A stretch of DNA of 64,000 nucleotides. Source: Malacoraja senta. Taxonomy: Eukaryota. The translations under genes were made by a program, and so were the position numbers. The stretch covers positions 620,001 to 684,000 of the forward strand of contig JAXLNO010002938.1 in the NCBI GenBank assembly GCA_038087875.1, given 5' to 3'. Below, piece after piece: positions 48,003 to 61,523 of the stretch; positions within the stretch are counted from its first letter, which is position 1, and each line of letters begins with the position of its first letter. The notes under the pieces are model-generated. The model did no database searches. It was given only the letters and a program-made list of their open reading frames with translations, and was not told the DNA's origin.

Positions 48003-49797
48003 ACATAGAAAATAGGTGCATGAGTAGGGCATTCGGCCCTTCGAGCCTGCACCGCCATTCAATATGATCATGGCTGATCATCCAACTCAGTATCCCGTAC
48101 CTGCCTTCTCTCCATACCCCCTGATCCCTTTAGCCACATGGGCCACATCTAACTCCCTCTTAAATATAGCCAATGAACTGGCCTCAACTACCCTCTGTGG
48201 CAGAGAGTTCCAGAGATTCACCACACTCTGTGTGAAAAAGTTTTTCCTCATCTCGGTCTTAAAGGATTTCCCCCTTATCCTTAAGCTGTGACCCCTTGTC
48301 CTGGACTTCCCCAACATCGGGAACAATCTTCCTGCATCTAGCCTGTCCAACCCCATAAGAATTTTGTACGTTTCTATAAGATCCCCTCTCAATCTCCTAA
48401 ATTCCAGCGAGTATAAGCCAAGTCTATCCAGTCTTTCTTCATATGAAAGTCCTGACATCCCAGGAATCAGTCTGGTGAACCTTCTCTGCACTCCCTCTAT
48501 GGCTATAATGTCCTTCCTCAGATTTGGAGACCAAAACTGTACGCAATATTCCAGGTGTGGTCTCACCAAGACCCTGTACAACTGCAGTAGAACCTCCCTG
48601 CTCCTATACTCAAATCCTCTTGCTATGAAGGCCAACATACCATTCGCTTTCCTCACTGCCTGCTGCACCTGCATGCCTAATTTCAATGACTGGTGTACCA
48701 TGACACCCAGGTCTCGCTGCACCTCCCCATTTCCTAATCGGCCACCATTTAGATAATAGTCTGCCTTCCCGTTTTTGCCACCAAAGTGGATAACCTCACA
48801 TTTATCCACATTATACTGCATCTGCCAAACATTTGCCCACTCACCCAGCCTATCCAAGTCACCTTGCAGTCTCCTAGCATCCTCCTCACAGCTAACACTG
48901 CCCCCCAGCTTAGTGTCATCCGCAAACTTGGAGATGTTGCTTTCAATTCCCTCGTCCAGATCATTAATATAAATTGTAAATAGCTGGGGTCCCAGCACAG
49001 AGCCTTGCGGTACCCCACTAGTCACTGCCTGCCATTGTGAAAAGGACCCGTTTACTCCTACTCTTTGCTTCCTGTTTGCCAGCCAGTTCTCTATCCACAT
49101 CAATACTGAACCCCCAATACCGTGTGATTTAAGTTTGTATCCTAATCTCTTATGTGGTACCTTGTCGAAAGCCTTCTGAAAGTCCAGATACAACACATCC
49201 ACTGGTTCTCCCCTATCCACTCTACTAGTTACATCCTCGAAAAATTCTATAAGATTCGTCAGACACGATTTACCTTTCGTAAATCCATGCTGACTTTGTC
49301 CAATGATTTCACCCCTTTCCAAATGTGCTGCTATCCCATCTTTAATAACTGACTCTAGCAGTTTCCCCACTACCGATGTTAGACTAACTGGTCTGTAATT
49401 CCCCGTTTTCTCTCTCCCTCCCTTCTTAAAAAGTGGGGTTACGTTTGCTACCCTCCAATCCTCAGGAACTACTCCAGAATCTAAAGAATTTTGAAAAATT
49501 ATCACTAATGCATCCACTATTTCTGGAGCTACTTCCTTAAGTACTCTGGGATGCAGCCTATCTGGCCCTGGTGATTTATCGGCCTTTAATCCATTCAATT
49601 TACCCAACACCACTTCCCGACTAACCTGGATTTCACTCATTTCCTCCATCTCCTTTGACCCGCGGCCCCCTGCTATTTCCGGCAGATTATTTATGTCTTC
49701 CTTAATGAAGACGGAACCAAAGTAGTTATTCAATTGGTCCGCCATATCCTTGTTCCCCATGATCAATTCACCTGTTTCTGACTGCAAGGGACCTACC
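48003..49797 (-). mobile_element. Young 5'-truncated CR1 LINE with uninterrupted RT (566-aa ORF 48087-49787)
   Basis: [34 protein letters not shown] and KFADD motifs; canonical 3' UTR. Confidence 0.96.
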
Positions 49798-51399
49798 TCT
49801 CATGATACAAAATGATGCCCACTAATCTAGTTAATATTCTTATCTGCAACCTCCTCATAACCTCTACAACATTACCGTAAAGGGAGACCACGGCAAATAC
49901 TCCAAATGAGGCCTAACCTATAAGGCTACATCATGAGATCCTGACACCTATACTTAATGCTTCGACTAATGTCAGCAAGCGTGCCATATTCCGCTGGGGT
50001 GTCTTACAAACCAACGGTATGACATTTAAATTCTCCAACTATAGATAAACACCACAAAACATACCTCTCACTTTCTCCCCTTTAATCAATTGATTTTCCT
50101 TGAGTCCCAGTTTCAGCAATGCTTATACCTTCTTTACCAAACGATCTATTCGTGATTTTACACTTGAAAAATGGCAATTGTTGCATCCATTGTGAGATTC
50201 ACGGACTTTCACAATAATGAAATTCAGCCAAATGATGCAGGAGAATTAAACTCAGAATTATGCACGTCATAATTTAACGGGGACGCCCGAAGCATCCAGA
50301 CGTAAACAGAGAAATAATAAAAAAAGACGATGCAATATATCCAATGGGTTATATTTTGGTTGATAGACAAGGTCTGTAAAACGCTGCTGTTTGAGCGTGA
50401 GCGTGTCTCTCTGGGATGCCGGTATACCATATTGATGCAGTCAATTCAGTACATTATAATTTAATGTTTAGTTTATGCATTCATAGTCATACAGCACAGA
50501 AACAGGCACTTCACCCCAACTAGCTCAAGGCGGCCAAGCTGTCCCATCCAATCTCGTCCAATTTGACCCCATTAGGTCAATATCATTCTAAACCTATTCT
50601 AGCTATATTCCTGTGCAAGTGTCTTTTACGGATGTTTTACGTTGGTCCTTCAACCACCTCCTCTGTCAGTTCATGCCACATACGGACTGTCCTCAAGATA
50701 TCTCCAATGATTGTAACAAGTTTCCCAGTCTTGATGACTTTCTCCAAATTAAAATCAGAGGGAAATGCTCATTGAAATCCCAGCTAATGTCCTGCGGCTC
50801 ATCACATAAAAGTCCGCGTTGGTATCTAAGGAACCCTATTTTCTGTTTCTAATTATCCGTTTTGCCCAAACATCCAAAACATATTTTGGAATCTACTTAG
50901 CCTTATCCACCAGAGATAACTCTTACCCCTTTGTGGTCCTCCAGCTTTCCTTAAATATGCTGCGTAATCCCCTGAACTGCCCGGGGATACACTTGATCCA
51001 AACTGCGTATGCTAACAGATTAATTATTTCAGAAATCTAAAACCCGCATATATCCATTCAGTTATGAGAATATAGAGATACTGTGTGCGCTGCGAATTAT
51101 TGAAGCAGCCATGGTTCTCTTAGTGCTTCCCAGTATATACTGCTGAGGCCGTGAATAAACCGACTTATTTTTGAAACTCATCCCACGTAACGTCCAGGTT
51201 CAAGGTATAGTTCAAAAACTCAATACCTTCGACAATTGTCTGTGTACTTTTTATTCAAACAATGATTTCACTCTCAAACAAGGAACACTGCGAGAGCCCA
51301 GAGCAAACATTCTCAGGTACTCTGTGAAAGCAACGTTCTCTGCCATAAGTCGCAACAATTCTTCTGACATCACCCCACGGGATACTGCAAAACTGGTCC

Positions 51400-52085
51400 A
51401 GAAATGTGACCAGTGGCAGGCCTCAGGGTTCGGTGCTGGGCCCGTTACTGTTTGTCATTTACATAAATGATTAGGATGAGAACATACAGGGAAAGATTAG
51501 CAAGTTTACTGATGATAGAAAAGTGGGTCGTTTTGCAGATAACGAAGATGTTTGTGAAACATTGCAGGTGGGCTGAGGAATGTTGTGGGCACCATGTTAT
51601 AGGAAAGATATTGTCAAGCTTGAAAGGGTTTAGCGGGGATTTACGAGGATTTTGCCAGTACTAGAGAATGTGAGCTATAGAAGCTGAGTAGGCTCGGTCA
51701 CTATTCCTTGGAGAAGGATGAGCGGTGAGCTTATAGAGTTGCACAAAATCCTGAGAGGAATAAATCGGGTAAATGCACAGTCTCTTGCCCAGAGTAGGGG
51801 AATCTAGTTTCAAGGTGATGGGAAAACGATTTATTAAGAATCTAAGGGATAACCTTTTCACACAAAGGGTGGGGGTGTATGGAACAAGCTGCCAGATGAG
51901 GTGGTTGTGGCTGGAACTATCCCACTGTTAAAGAAACAGGTAGACAGGTACATATATAGGAGAGGTTTGGAGGGATATGGACTGACTGCAGGCAGGTGAT
52001 ACTAGTGTAGCTAGGACATGTTGGCTCGTGTGGGCAAGTTGGGCTGAAGGGCCTGTTCCACACTGTATCACTCGATGACACTATG
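51400..52085 (+). mobile_element. Old CR1 RT/3' remnant
   Basis: Decayed [17 protein letters not shown] and KF(T)DD motifs, plus an LPTRVVGVWNKLP-type 3' end. Confidence 0.7.
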
Positions 52086-53574
52086 ACTGAAATTTTACGC
52101 CTAAGCAGCACTACGCATTCCTACTAACCGGAGTAATGCATGAACATGTCCTATCACAATCAGCAAGTTATTGCTGATTTGTTCTTGGCCCTTCACAATG
52201 CGACAGAATTAACTCAGTCCAATGTTACTAAGAGTGCTGCGCCTGCGTGTGTTCATCTAAGCAACTTGAAATTCCTTCTCTTTTTACTACCAGTGACATG
52301 CAAGATATTTTTCTTTTTAGCAGTTTGCGCTGATTTACTGATGTTGTTCCTCTGTTTACAATCCCCATTTAACACCTCTGCTCGCATTTCTAAACCTGTC
52401 GGTATGTTAATTGTAGGGACTTAACTCTCATCTTAAGCCTGTGCCCTTTAGTTTTGGAATCTTCTCCATTGTTGAAAATAACTGCGAGCGTTAACTTTAT
52501 CTGCACTCCACATAGTGGTCCACTGCAATGTGGTGAGATCGCAATGAACGGCATACAATTTTAAAAGTAGGTTCAGCCGAGTTAAATAATTCATCTGATT
52601 ACGTTTGAAGGACTGCTGAATGTAAAATATAAATTCAGGCCAATAGGCAATGAATTAACAGGGAATCTGTGTTTTGCAACTGTTTCCACAAAAATATCGA
52701 ATTGACCGTTTTATTCGTCAAAACATTTTCCGCGGGAGAAGAGACGAATATCCAGGAATTATCTGGTGGAAACTTGCTGTAGGAGTTGTGGAATATTTTA
52801 ACATCCTGGTCTAATCAGGAGCCCTCACAAGCATTTCAATACCAAAAGCTGTTTTATTTGGTAAATTATGTTCAACAAATTGTAGAGGAAGACTGCCGAC
52901 GTTAAATAGAAAACAAAATCTACGAACGGAACTATGAAATTAAATGTGTTTCTTCGTTGTTAACCCCACTTCTAATTAAGTGTTTTCAGCAAGGTTTATA
53001 ACCGTGCTTGTTTAGAGTTGAAATGTGTGTAAGTTGCCAAACCGGTTTGATTTGATTTCAGCAGAGAGGCCGCTGCTCGGCAGGAGCAGTTGGGGAATGT
53101 TTCAGTTGAACCCACCGTTCACACAGAAAGCCGAGCATTCCAGAAGAAAGAGCAGATCAGGTTCGTAGCTTGTTAGTGGCTAAAGATATACACGGAGTTT
53201 CACTGATAGTCTGTAAATATATAGCAAAGTTCAACGGCCACACGGAAATGCAGACAGAAACGACTTACATCTACGAGGTAAGGTTAATGCCCATATTTTG
53301 TATTTGGCCACCTCCTCCCCTTGCCTGATCTTTTCCATGCCGCGAACCTGCCGTTCTGTGAGATTTAATGCAATCGGCAATGTAGTAATCTCCCTTGACA
53401 CCGAGCCGCGGACACTCCCCAGTCCAGGTCTTCCTCGCCTGACAGCGGGACATTCTGTATATCCTCAAAGATAAAAAAAAAATGGGCTTCTGAGGTTGTG
53501 GATTTAACCTATTTATTACCTGAATAAAGTCTATTTTTAAATTTAAAACAAATGTGATACCATTGCCTACGTGC

Positions 53575-53870
53575 AGGCCCGATGGGTGAATGCCTGCCTA
53601 GCCAGCTTGGACCAGGAGAAGGTCTTCGACAGGATATCGCACACGCACACGTACATGAGAGGCGTGCCCTCCAAAATGGGCTTTGGGGAGGGAATCAGGA
53701 ATTGGATTCAACTGCTCTACACCGATATCTGTAGTGCAGTCCAAATCAATGGGTGGTAATCAGACAGCTGCCCCGTCAAGTCTGGAGTCAGGAAGGGTTG
53801 CCCTCCTCTGTCTTGTTTGTCCGTTGTATTGAACCTTTTGCCGAGTCCATCAGAAAGGAAGTGACAGGGA
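53575..53870 (+). mobile_element. Tx1/L1-type RT remnant
   Basis: LASLDQEKVFDRISH...GFGEGIRNWIQLLY...SGVRKGCP. Confidence 0.7.
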
Positions 53871-56800
53871 AATGTCGCAGACTGGCCCGCTGCATACTTC
53901 AGGAGTAGGTGCTGCGGGATGCGCTGAAGCTCGGTGCAACCAACGCCAAAGCTCTGTGGGGGAGGACCACGGTATAGGGTCTTTCTGCTGCTGGACGTGA
54001 GGAGCAGCTTGTGATCGAGATGCCCCTCAAAATAGGGGAAGGCATTCCATGCCAATGGACCACATGATTGGCAAGTGTGGAGGATAAACTTGTGAAAATT
54101 GTGCAATGTGTGTATACAGCATTGAATGTTTAGCCTCCGAGAATGTCGGACGATTTTTTTTTGCACGGTTACTGTATTGTATATATTTATTACTTGAATA
54201 TAATCTATTTTGTAATTTTAAAAACATTCTCTGCTCAAAGTGGAATCTAAAATTCCAAATGACTATTTTAGCGACTTTCCATTTCTCGATCGTACTTAAC
54301 AATTTAAATTACAGTTTGATAATGTTGCCTTATGTCGAGTATTGCTCTTGGTCCATGTAAAAATTAAAAGGTACGATAATAGAATACGTTTGACAGTGCT
54401 GGATGACGCATTCAGGATAATCAGTAGTTAGCATTGACAGTAGTTAGTTGATCGGCCTGTAAAGCGAATTCGGTGGAGGTATGGAACAGCTGCTGTTAAT
54501 GACATAATTATGCTTAAACAACGTAAAATGCATTTGCTGCCTTCTGCAAATCGACATTCGGATCTCGTGCGGAAATCACCTTGCACAAAAGCAAAGGCAT
54601 CGACATAAGTCTCGTCATCTTAGGTGATCCTCGGGTGGAAGCGTCTTCCAGTAAATGCTGAACAAGCACATTAGTCAGTGGCATGAAACCACCATCTTTT
54701 AGCGCAACTGGAAATGCATGTCGTTGTTTGTAAATTTGTATCGCAGATACTGTCATTCTGTGCAGGAGAAAAAGGGGTGTTACATATAATCTTGAACCAA
54801 CTTCCTTGAGAGACATGTTACACTGAATTGTGAAATCCATTCCTTTTATTTTCAACAGAAAGACTGGTTCTTGTTCTGAGAACTGCGGACATTGATATTC
54901 ACTCTGTCGGAAGCCAGTTGCTATCGCTCTGACACTGAGTCTCACACGACAGCAACCAGACCAATTTGTGACAAAATATTGTTGGCTTGCAAGGAAGAAA
55001 CAAGGAATCGGCATCAAAATGACCTAAATTCTTGCGCATTTAAGGTAAGAATTTCATGACCTGGTTGATCCGCAATCGTTTCGATTGTTTTTGTCTGAAC
55101 AATGCAAAGATATTTGCAATTTTGCAGTCCTCAGGCATCACATAAATCTTTCCATTTGTAGAATTGTTCGGGCAGGAACACTACAGCATCCTTTACTCAA
55201 CAAACCAGGCTGTATCTATTCGACAACTAATGAATGCATTTTAATTACATAATTTCCCTCAACTGTCGCCTCTCAATTGATTTCTCGATCAACATCATCA
55301 CGATTACATGCCGCATTGGAAAGACTGATCCACTATTTCCTTGTATGGTGTACTCTCATGTAATGGTTCATTAATGACGCCAGACAAGCATACCAATCCA
55401 TCGAGAAAATATCAATATGTGTTTCCTCTTTATTAAAGTTGAAGACAGACATATCTCGAAGTCCTTTCCTGGCAGTAACCTGGCATAAATGACAAGGCAT
55501 TTCGACTAATATGAGAGCATGTATTGCTGTTAGTCGGCATGTCCGGGCCAGAGGCTCCACTGTCACCACTGTGGAATACTGTAGAAAGAAACCTATCTGG
55601 CTCCCTAAAGTTAACAAGCACTATCGTGCCTACGCCTATCTATGCAGGAGATTTGTGTTGCTGGACAGCTGCGCGGAAAGCCAAATGCAAAGTTAGCGTT
55701 TATTTCGAGGAGAATTGAATATAAAGCAAAGCTTTAATATTGAGACTTTATAACGCACTGGATAGGCCATATTTGGAGCATTATGAGCAGGTTTTGCCCC
55801 ATATCTGAGGAAGCATGTGCTGGCGTTGTAGAGGATACATGAGTTTTATGGCAATGATCCAGGTAATGATTAGGTTAATATAGAATGAGCGTTTGACGTT
55901 AGTCGTCAAAGGAACTATTATGAGAAGCACATTAATAGCTAATTTATGAATATCTTCAATTGTGTTAATATGCTGCTTCCTATCAGTTTCCTTCATTGCA
56001 AAATTAGTTTGCCGAATAACATCAAATTAGAGCTTCCATGAGTTTGCAATTTCCCCATATTCCTCGCGCTTCAGAAAGTGAACGCAAAGCAAGCCATGTG
56101 TTCGGTGCGAGCGGACCTGAAGAGCGTATTTATGCCTAAATTGATTCTATATCGAAAATCTATTAATAAAACAAGAAATAATACCAAAATAAATGCTTGA
56201 AATTTGCAATCAGAAAATACCCCTAACCAGGACGACACTGTAAGGAAAATGTTGCTTGGATTGCTTCAAAGAGGAGATGGGCGAGTAAATGGATAAATCT
56301 AAGAAGAGCTATAATCGGTGGAATGTTCACTTGGTGACCAACGTAAGGAATATATCCATTGATGGCAATGAGGCAGTTAGTACTGGAGGATGCAGATAAG
56401 CAGCCGGTGCGATTTGATACCATTTAACGCAAAGATGCAAATCAGTAACTGGATTTCGTCACTCGACCCTTCAAATATCCTCAGCAGTTTAATATCAATC
56501 AATCATTCCTGCCCTTCCAGTAACATGTCACCCTTCTTGTACGTCGTGGAAAGAAAAGTCAGAATGGGAAGTGGAAGGGAGATTGAATTGCTCTCAAAGA
56601 GGAACACCAGCAGACACTTTCCGACAGAGAGCAAGTGTTCGCCGAAATCTTACTTGGTCTTGCTGATGTACTGGGTGCGCCTAAAGCAATAGACAAGTTT
56701 GGAAAAGGCACGAGAAAGTCTTTGTCTCATCTGTGAGGATTGATGCCGTTTCTAAATTGAGTTTGAGATTGTTGCCGTCACTAAAACATCGTCTCTGGCA

Positions 56801-57659
56801 CTGAGGCAGCAATTCAACGGCCACGACAGATGCCGGCCCATTAGTGGGGAAATTCTTCGTCAAGTGTAGGAAAGTGTTAGATCAGCAGCACTGAATGCGT
56901 TTATGTTCGAGGATCTAAATGGCCCTTGGAACCTTTATATACAGAATGGAATTTAAAAATGTCTGAACGCACATTGTATAGTTAAGGCATTGGGATAATG
57001 CTTTAGAAGTTCTTGCATTGAGCAAAGATTTGTGTTTGATCGGGAAATATATATTTTTTAAACGACTGTGATTAGGAGATGTGCATGGACATGTACATGA
57101 ATTATGGACTGATACAAGCTGGTACATTAGGCAATTAGGAATATGGGGTCTCTCGGGATTTGTTGTAAGAAAAGACGAATGCAACGTAAAAAGGTCTACT
57201 GTGTATTCTGTAAGTCCCGGTGATAACGTACATGCATATTTTAGTATTGCATATTTTAATGTTGCTTCTTTTAATATGCATTTTACACCGACTTAGGCTC
57301 ACTTGTGATTGAGTGCAAAAATGGTTTCCTAGCGAACGAAAAGTCAAAGGAAAAATCAGAAGCGTATGCAAATTTGAGATACAACATCAGTCGTGTTGCA
57401 AGGAACAGTACAAGCTAGGTTGTATAAGTGTATTAAGGAAGAATTCACATTGCATGTGTAGCACTTCAACTCAATCGCAACAAAAAAACAAGGGGATATT
57501 AGGGAGGATAGGGAATTATCCAGTTTGGAAAGATTGATTAGAAAGAGGACTAACTCATGAATTTAGATGGATGGGTTATGGTCTGTGCAAATTTGACAAT
57601 TCTTCAGTGGCTTGCCAGGGTAGATGTAGGATTGAGAGCTGTTGTGTCAAGAACACGTG

Positions 57660-58970
57660 CTCAGAATATAGGTGAATACAGAAGTGCTGGATCAGTCAAT
57701 TCCCAAGAGGAGGGAATATTCTAAGGGGAGTAAGTGGCAAACGTGGCTGACAAGGGAAATCAAGTACAGTATAAAAATAAAAGAGAAGACCTATCACACA
57801 GCAAAGATGAGCGGGAAGACAGACGATTGGGTAACTATTAAAGAGCAACAGAAGATAACTACAAAAGGCAATACGGGGAGAAAAGATGAGGTAGTGGATG
57901 TAGTGTACCTGGATTGTCAGAACGCCTTGGATGAGGTCCTACGTAGGAGATTAGTGGGCCAAATTAGAGCGCATGGTATTGGGGGTAGGGTACTGACATG
58001 GATACAATATATATTAGTGATTTAGATGAAGGGATTAAAAGAAACATTAGCAAATTTGCAGATGACACAAAGCTGGGTGGCAGTGTGAACTGTTAGAAGG
58101 ATGCTATGTGGATGCAGGGTGACTTGGACTGGTTGGGTGAGTGGGCAGATGCATGACAGATGCAGTATAATGTGGATGAATGTGATGTTATCCATTTTGG
58201 TGGCAAGAACAGGCTGGCAGATTATTATCTGAATGGTGTCAAGTTAGGAAAAGGGGAAGTACAACGAGATCTGGGTGTCCTTGTTCAGTCACTGAAAGTA
58301 AGCATGCAGGTGTAGCAAGAAGTGAAGAAAGCTAATGGAATGTAGGCCTTCATAACAAGAAGAGTTGAGCATAGGAGCAAAGAGGTCGTTCGGCAGTTGT
58401 ATAGGGCTCCAGTGAGACCACACCTGGAGTATTGTGTGCAGTATTGGTCTTCAAATTTGAGGAAGGACATTACTGTTGTTGAGGGAGTGCAGTGTAGGTT
58501 CACGAGGTTAATTCCCGGCATGGCGTGACTCACGTATGTTGATAGATTGGAGCGGCTGAGCTTGTATACGCTGGCATTTGGACGGATTAGAAGGAATCTT
58601 ATTGAATCATATTAGAGTATTAAGGGATTGGACACGCTAGAGGCAGGAAACATGTTCCAGATGTTGGGGGAGTCCAAAACCATTGGCCACAGTTTAAGAA
58701 TAAGTGGTAGGCTATTTAGAACGGAGATGAGGAATTTTATTTTCACCCAGAGAGTTGTGAATTTGTGGAATTTTCTGACTCAGAAGGCAGTGGAGATGAA
58801 TTCTCTGGATGCTTTCAAGAGAGAGTTAGATAGAACTCTTAAAGATAGCGGAATCAAGGAATATGGGGAGAAGGCAGGAACGCGGTACTGAGTGTGGATG
58901 ATCAAAGTGAATGGCGGTGCTGGCCTGAAGGGCATAATAGCCTACTCCTGCACCAATTGTCTATTGTCTT
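57660..58970 (+). mobile_element. Degenerate CR1 with internal deletions
   Basis: DVVYLDCQNA, KFADDTKLGG, RPHLEYC and NLWNFLTQ remnants plus 3' UTR. Confidence 0.85.
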
Positions 58971-59289
58971 AAAGGCAGTAGCTTCCCGATCACTTACTTT
59001 AACATTTCTGAGCAAGCTATTTCTCGCTTCATCCGTATTGCCCAACATTCTAACCATCTAGTCCTTGCCTCGAGCACTATACGGATGGTATATTTTCCCC
59101 ACTATTAGCCCCATCAAATCACGTTCTGCCGCCGTACACCACGATCAAATCCTTCTCTCTGCATGGATTATAGCTCCACTTATCTAACCAAGCCTGACGT
59201 TTAAACCCATTGCCCTTGGAACCACTTGACGGATTTGTTTCATACCCTTTCTGGGGCCTTCACAACTGGCAGGAATTTGGTGACGGAGC

Positions 59290-60208
59290 TTTCATCGAGA
59301 CACAATGGTCGCTGCGGGCGCTGCAAGCCGGCGTCCTGTCAGCAGCGTGTCCGTTTTTTTCTGCTCTTTTTTTTTTTTTGGTATGTTTTAAAGTCTGTTT
59401 TTAATGTTTCTTTGTGTGTCTTGTGTGGGGTGTGGTGTGGGGAGGTGAGGGTGAAACCGCTTCTGTCGCCTCCTCCACGGAGAGGCGACTTTTTCCAGGT
59501 CGCCTCCCCCGTGGCCTAACATCAAGGATCGGTGCGGCCTTTCCCGGAGACGCGCCCGGGGCTTCAGCGGCGGGCGCAGCGTTGACTCTCGGCGTGGAGC
59601 GGGCGAGCGCTCACTGGGGCTCGCCGGAGGGGAGCGCTCCGTTTCGCTGGCCCGCGGCAGCTTGAAGCCGCGGTCTGCAGAGCTCCAGCTGGCGCGGCAT
59701 CCGCAGCCTGGGATCCTTCGTGGGGGACCCGGGAGAAGAAGGCCACCACTGGGGTCCGCGGCCAACTTCTACCGCGTGCCCGGCGTGGACTTACCATCAC
59801 CCCTGGAGGGGAGCTTCTACCGCCGGCCCTGCGGTCTGCTGTGCTTCTGGCTGCGGCGCGGCGGGAACTTTAAATCACAGACCGCCGGCCTGCGGCCTAC
59901 ACCAACCTGAAGCCGCGGTCTCCGGTGGGGGAGGCACCGTTTTTCAGAACTTACCTGGACTTTCACCCATCTGGATGCCCGCAGCGACGGCTGCGGAGGG
60001 TTGAGGTCCCGACCACGGGGGGAAATGGAGGAGGACTGGCCCAATTTTGTGCCTTCCACCACAGTGATGAATGCTGTGGTGGATGTTTGTGTTAATTTTT
60101 TATTGTGTATTGTGTGTTCTTTATCATTATATCGCTGCTGGCAAATTAATTTCACTTACACTTTATGTGCAATGTGACGAATAAATCCGTACTGTATTGT
60201 ATTGTATA
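59290..60208 (+). mobile_element. GC-rich non-autonomous retroelement with L2-type tail
   Basis: CpG-rich body, conserved hairpin at 60055-60083 shared with the 7908-8839 element, tail ATTTCACT...ATGTGACGAATAAA-(TGTAT)n. The 5' boundary is uncertain and no TSD was found. Confidence 0.55.
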
Positions 60209-60632
60209 ACTGCAGATACCAGAATATTCAGCAACACACAAAGTGCTGGAGTAATTCACCGTGTCAGGCAGCATACGTGGAAAGATCGCATAGGCAACGT
60301 TCCGGGTAAGATACTGGACGCTGAACGAAGTGGAAGAGAAAGGTGATAAAGAGGTGGAGTGAGGGGCGGGGCAAGGTGCGACAAATAGATACTGGTGAGA
60401 GGGATTACTTTGGTAATTGAGCGGACAAGGCTAGAGATGAAATGCAGGCAAATGGAAATGAAATATGTGGCGAAGAGGAGTGAATATAAATCGAGGGAAG
60501 TATATGGTTCTGGCTTCAAATCAAAAAGAGAAACGGGAGGTGGGGAAGTGGGCAGATATATTGGAAGAAAGGGTTGCACGCGCAGTGGGTAATACCGAAA
60601 AGGGTGAGGGAGAATTGTACCAAAACTTTCAT

Positions 60633-61523
60633 GTGTGAGCAATGTATTGATCTAATCAGCACTGTATAAACATGAAGTACATGAAATCCCTGCTTTCCGT
60701 TATCTCTCCTTACTATTTCCCGTAAAATGTATCACATCACATTCCTGAACGCTAAAATTCATCTCGCACCATTCTTCCCATCCTTTAGATCGTTTTTAGG
60801 TCTCTTGCGGCTTGTCACTACATCAGTACTTCTTGGCCGCTCTGGAGGTAGTTAACGTTGAAGTGGGCGTGATCAAGCATTAATTTTGCTCTTCACTCTT
60901 CTCTTGCACAACAACGGAGTCTCTCATATAGTACTAAATTCTACACTCGTTGACCTCATCATCCAAATGATGATGCAATCTCAGCATGTGCACAATATGT
61001 GCGAAAGTCTGTGTAACCACAGATTAATCACCTTGTTGGGGGTTTACTACAGACCCCCAAATATTCAACGGGCAGCAGAAGAGCAAATGTGCCGGAAGAT
61101 TGCAGACAGCTGCAGGTCAAAAAGTTTGTTATAGTAGGGGATTTCAACGTTCCCAACATAGACTGGGTAAAATCATATCGTGAAGGATGTTGATGGGGTG
61201 CAATTCCTCATAAATGTTCATGTGAATTTTCTTAAACAGTATGTGGAGGCCCTCACACGTGAGAGGGCAAAATTAATGCTTGATCACGCCCACTTCAACG
61301 TTCACTACCTCCAGAGCGGCCAAGAAGTACTGATGTAGTGACAAGCCGCAAGAGACCTAAAAACGATCTAAATGATGGGAAGAATGGTGCGAGATGAATT
61401 TTAGCGTTCAGGAATGTGATGTGATACATTTTACGGGAAATAGTAAGGAGAGATAACGGAAAGCAGGGATTTCATGTACTTCATGTTTATACAGTGCTGA
61501 TTAGATCAATACATTGCTCACAC
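60633..61523. repeat. 257-bp near-perfect inverted repeat (60633-60889 / 61267-61523)
   Basis: Reverse-complement match with 2 mismatches found by eye. The second arm is flanked by a 19-bp direct duplication CTCACACGTGAGAGGGCAA (61252-61270 and 61517-61535). Confidence 0.93.

Noticed and set aside
53330-53365. LNLTERQV, identical to part of Hox homeodomain helix 3
   Set aside because: Not followed by KIWFQNRR in any frame, and no helix 1/2 similarity.
54514-55017. 167-aa minus-strand ORF in non-repeat DNA
   Set aside because: No recognisable domain, splice structure or partner exons; compatible with chance.
54859-55044. Plus-strand 186-bp segment with good splice sites (TTCAACAG| ... AAG|GTAAGA)
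   Set aside because: Stops in all three frames. It could be a non-coding exon, but nothing in the sequence supports that.
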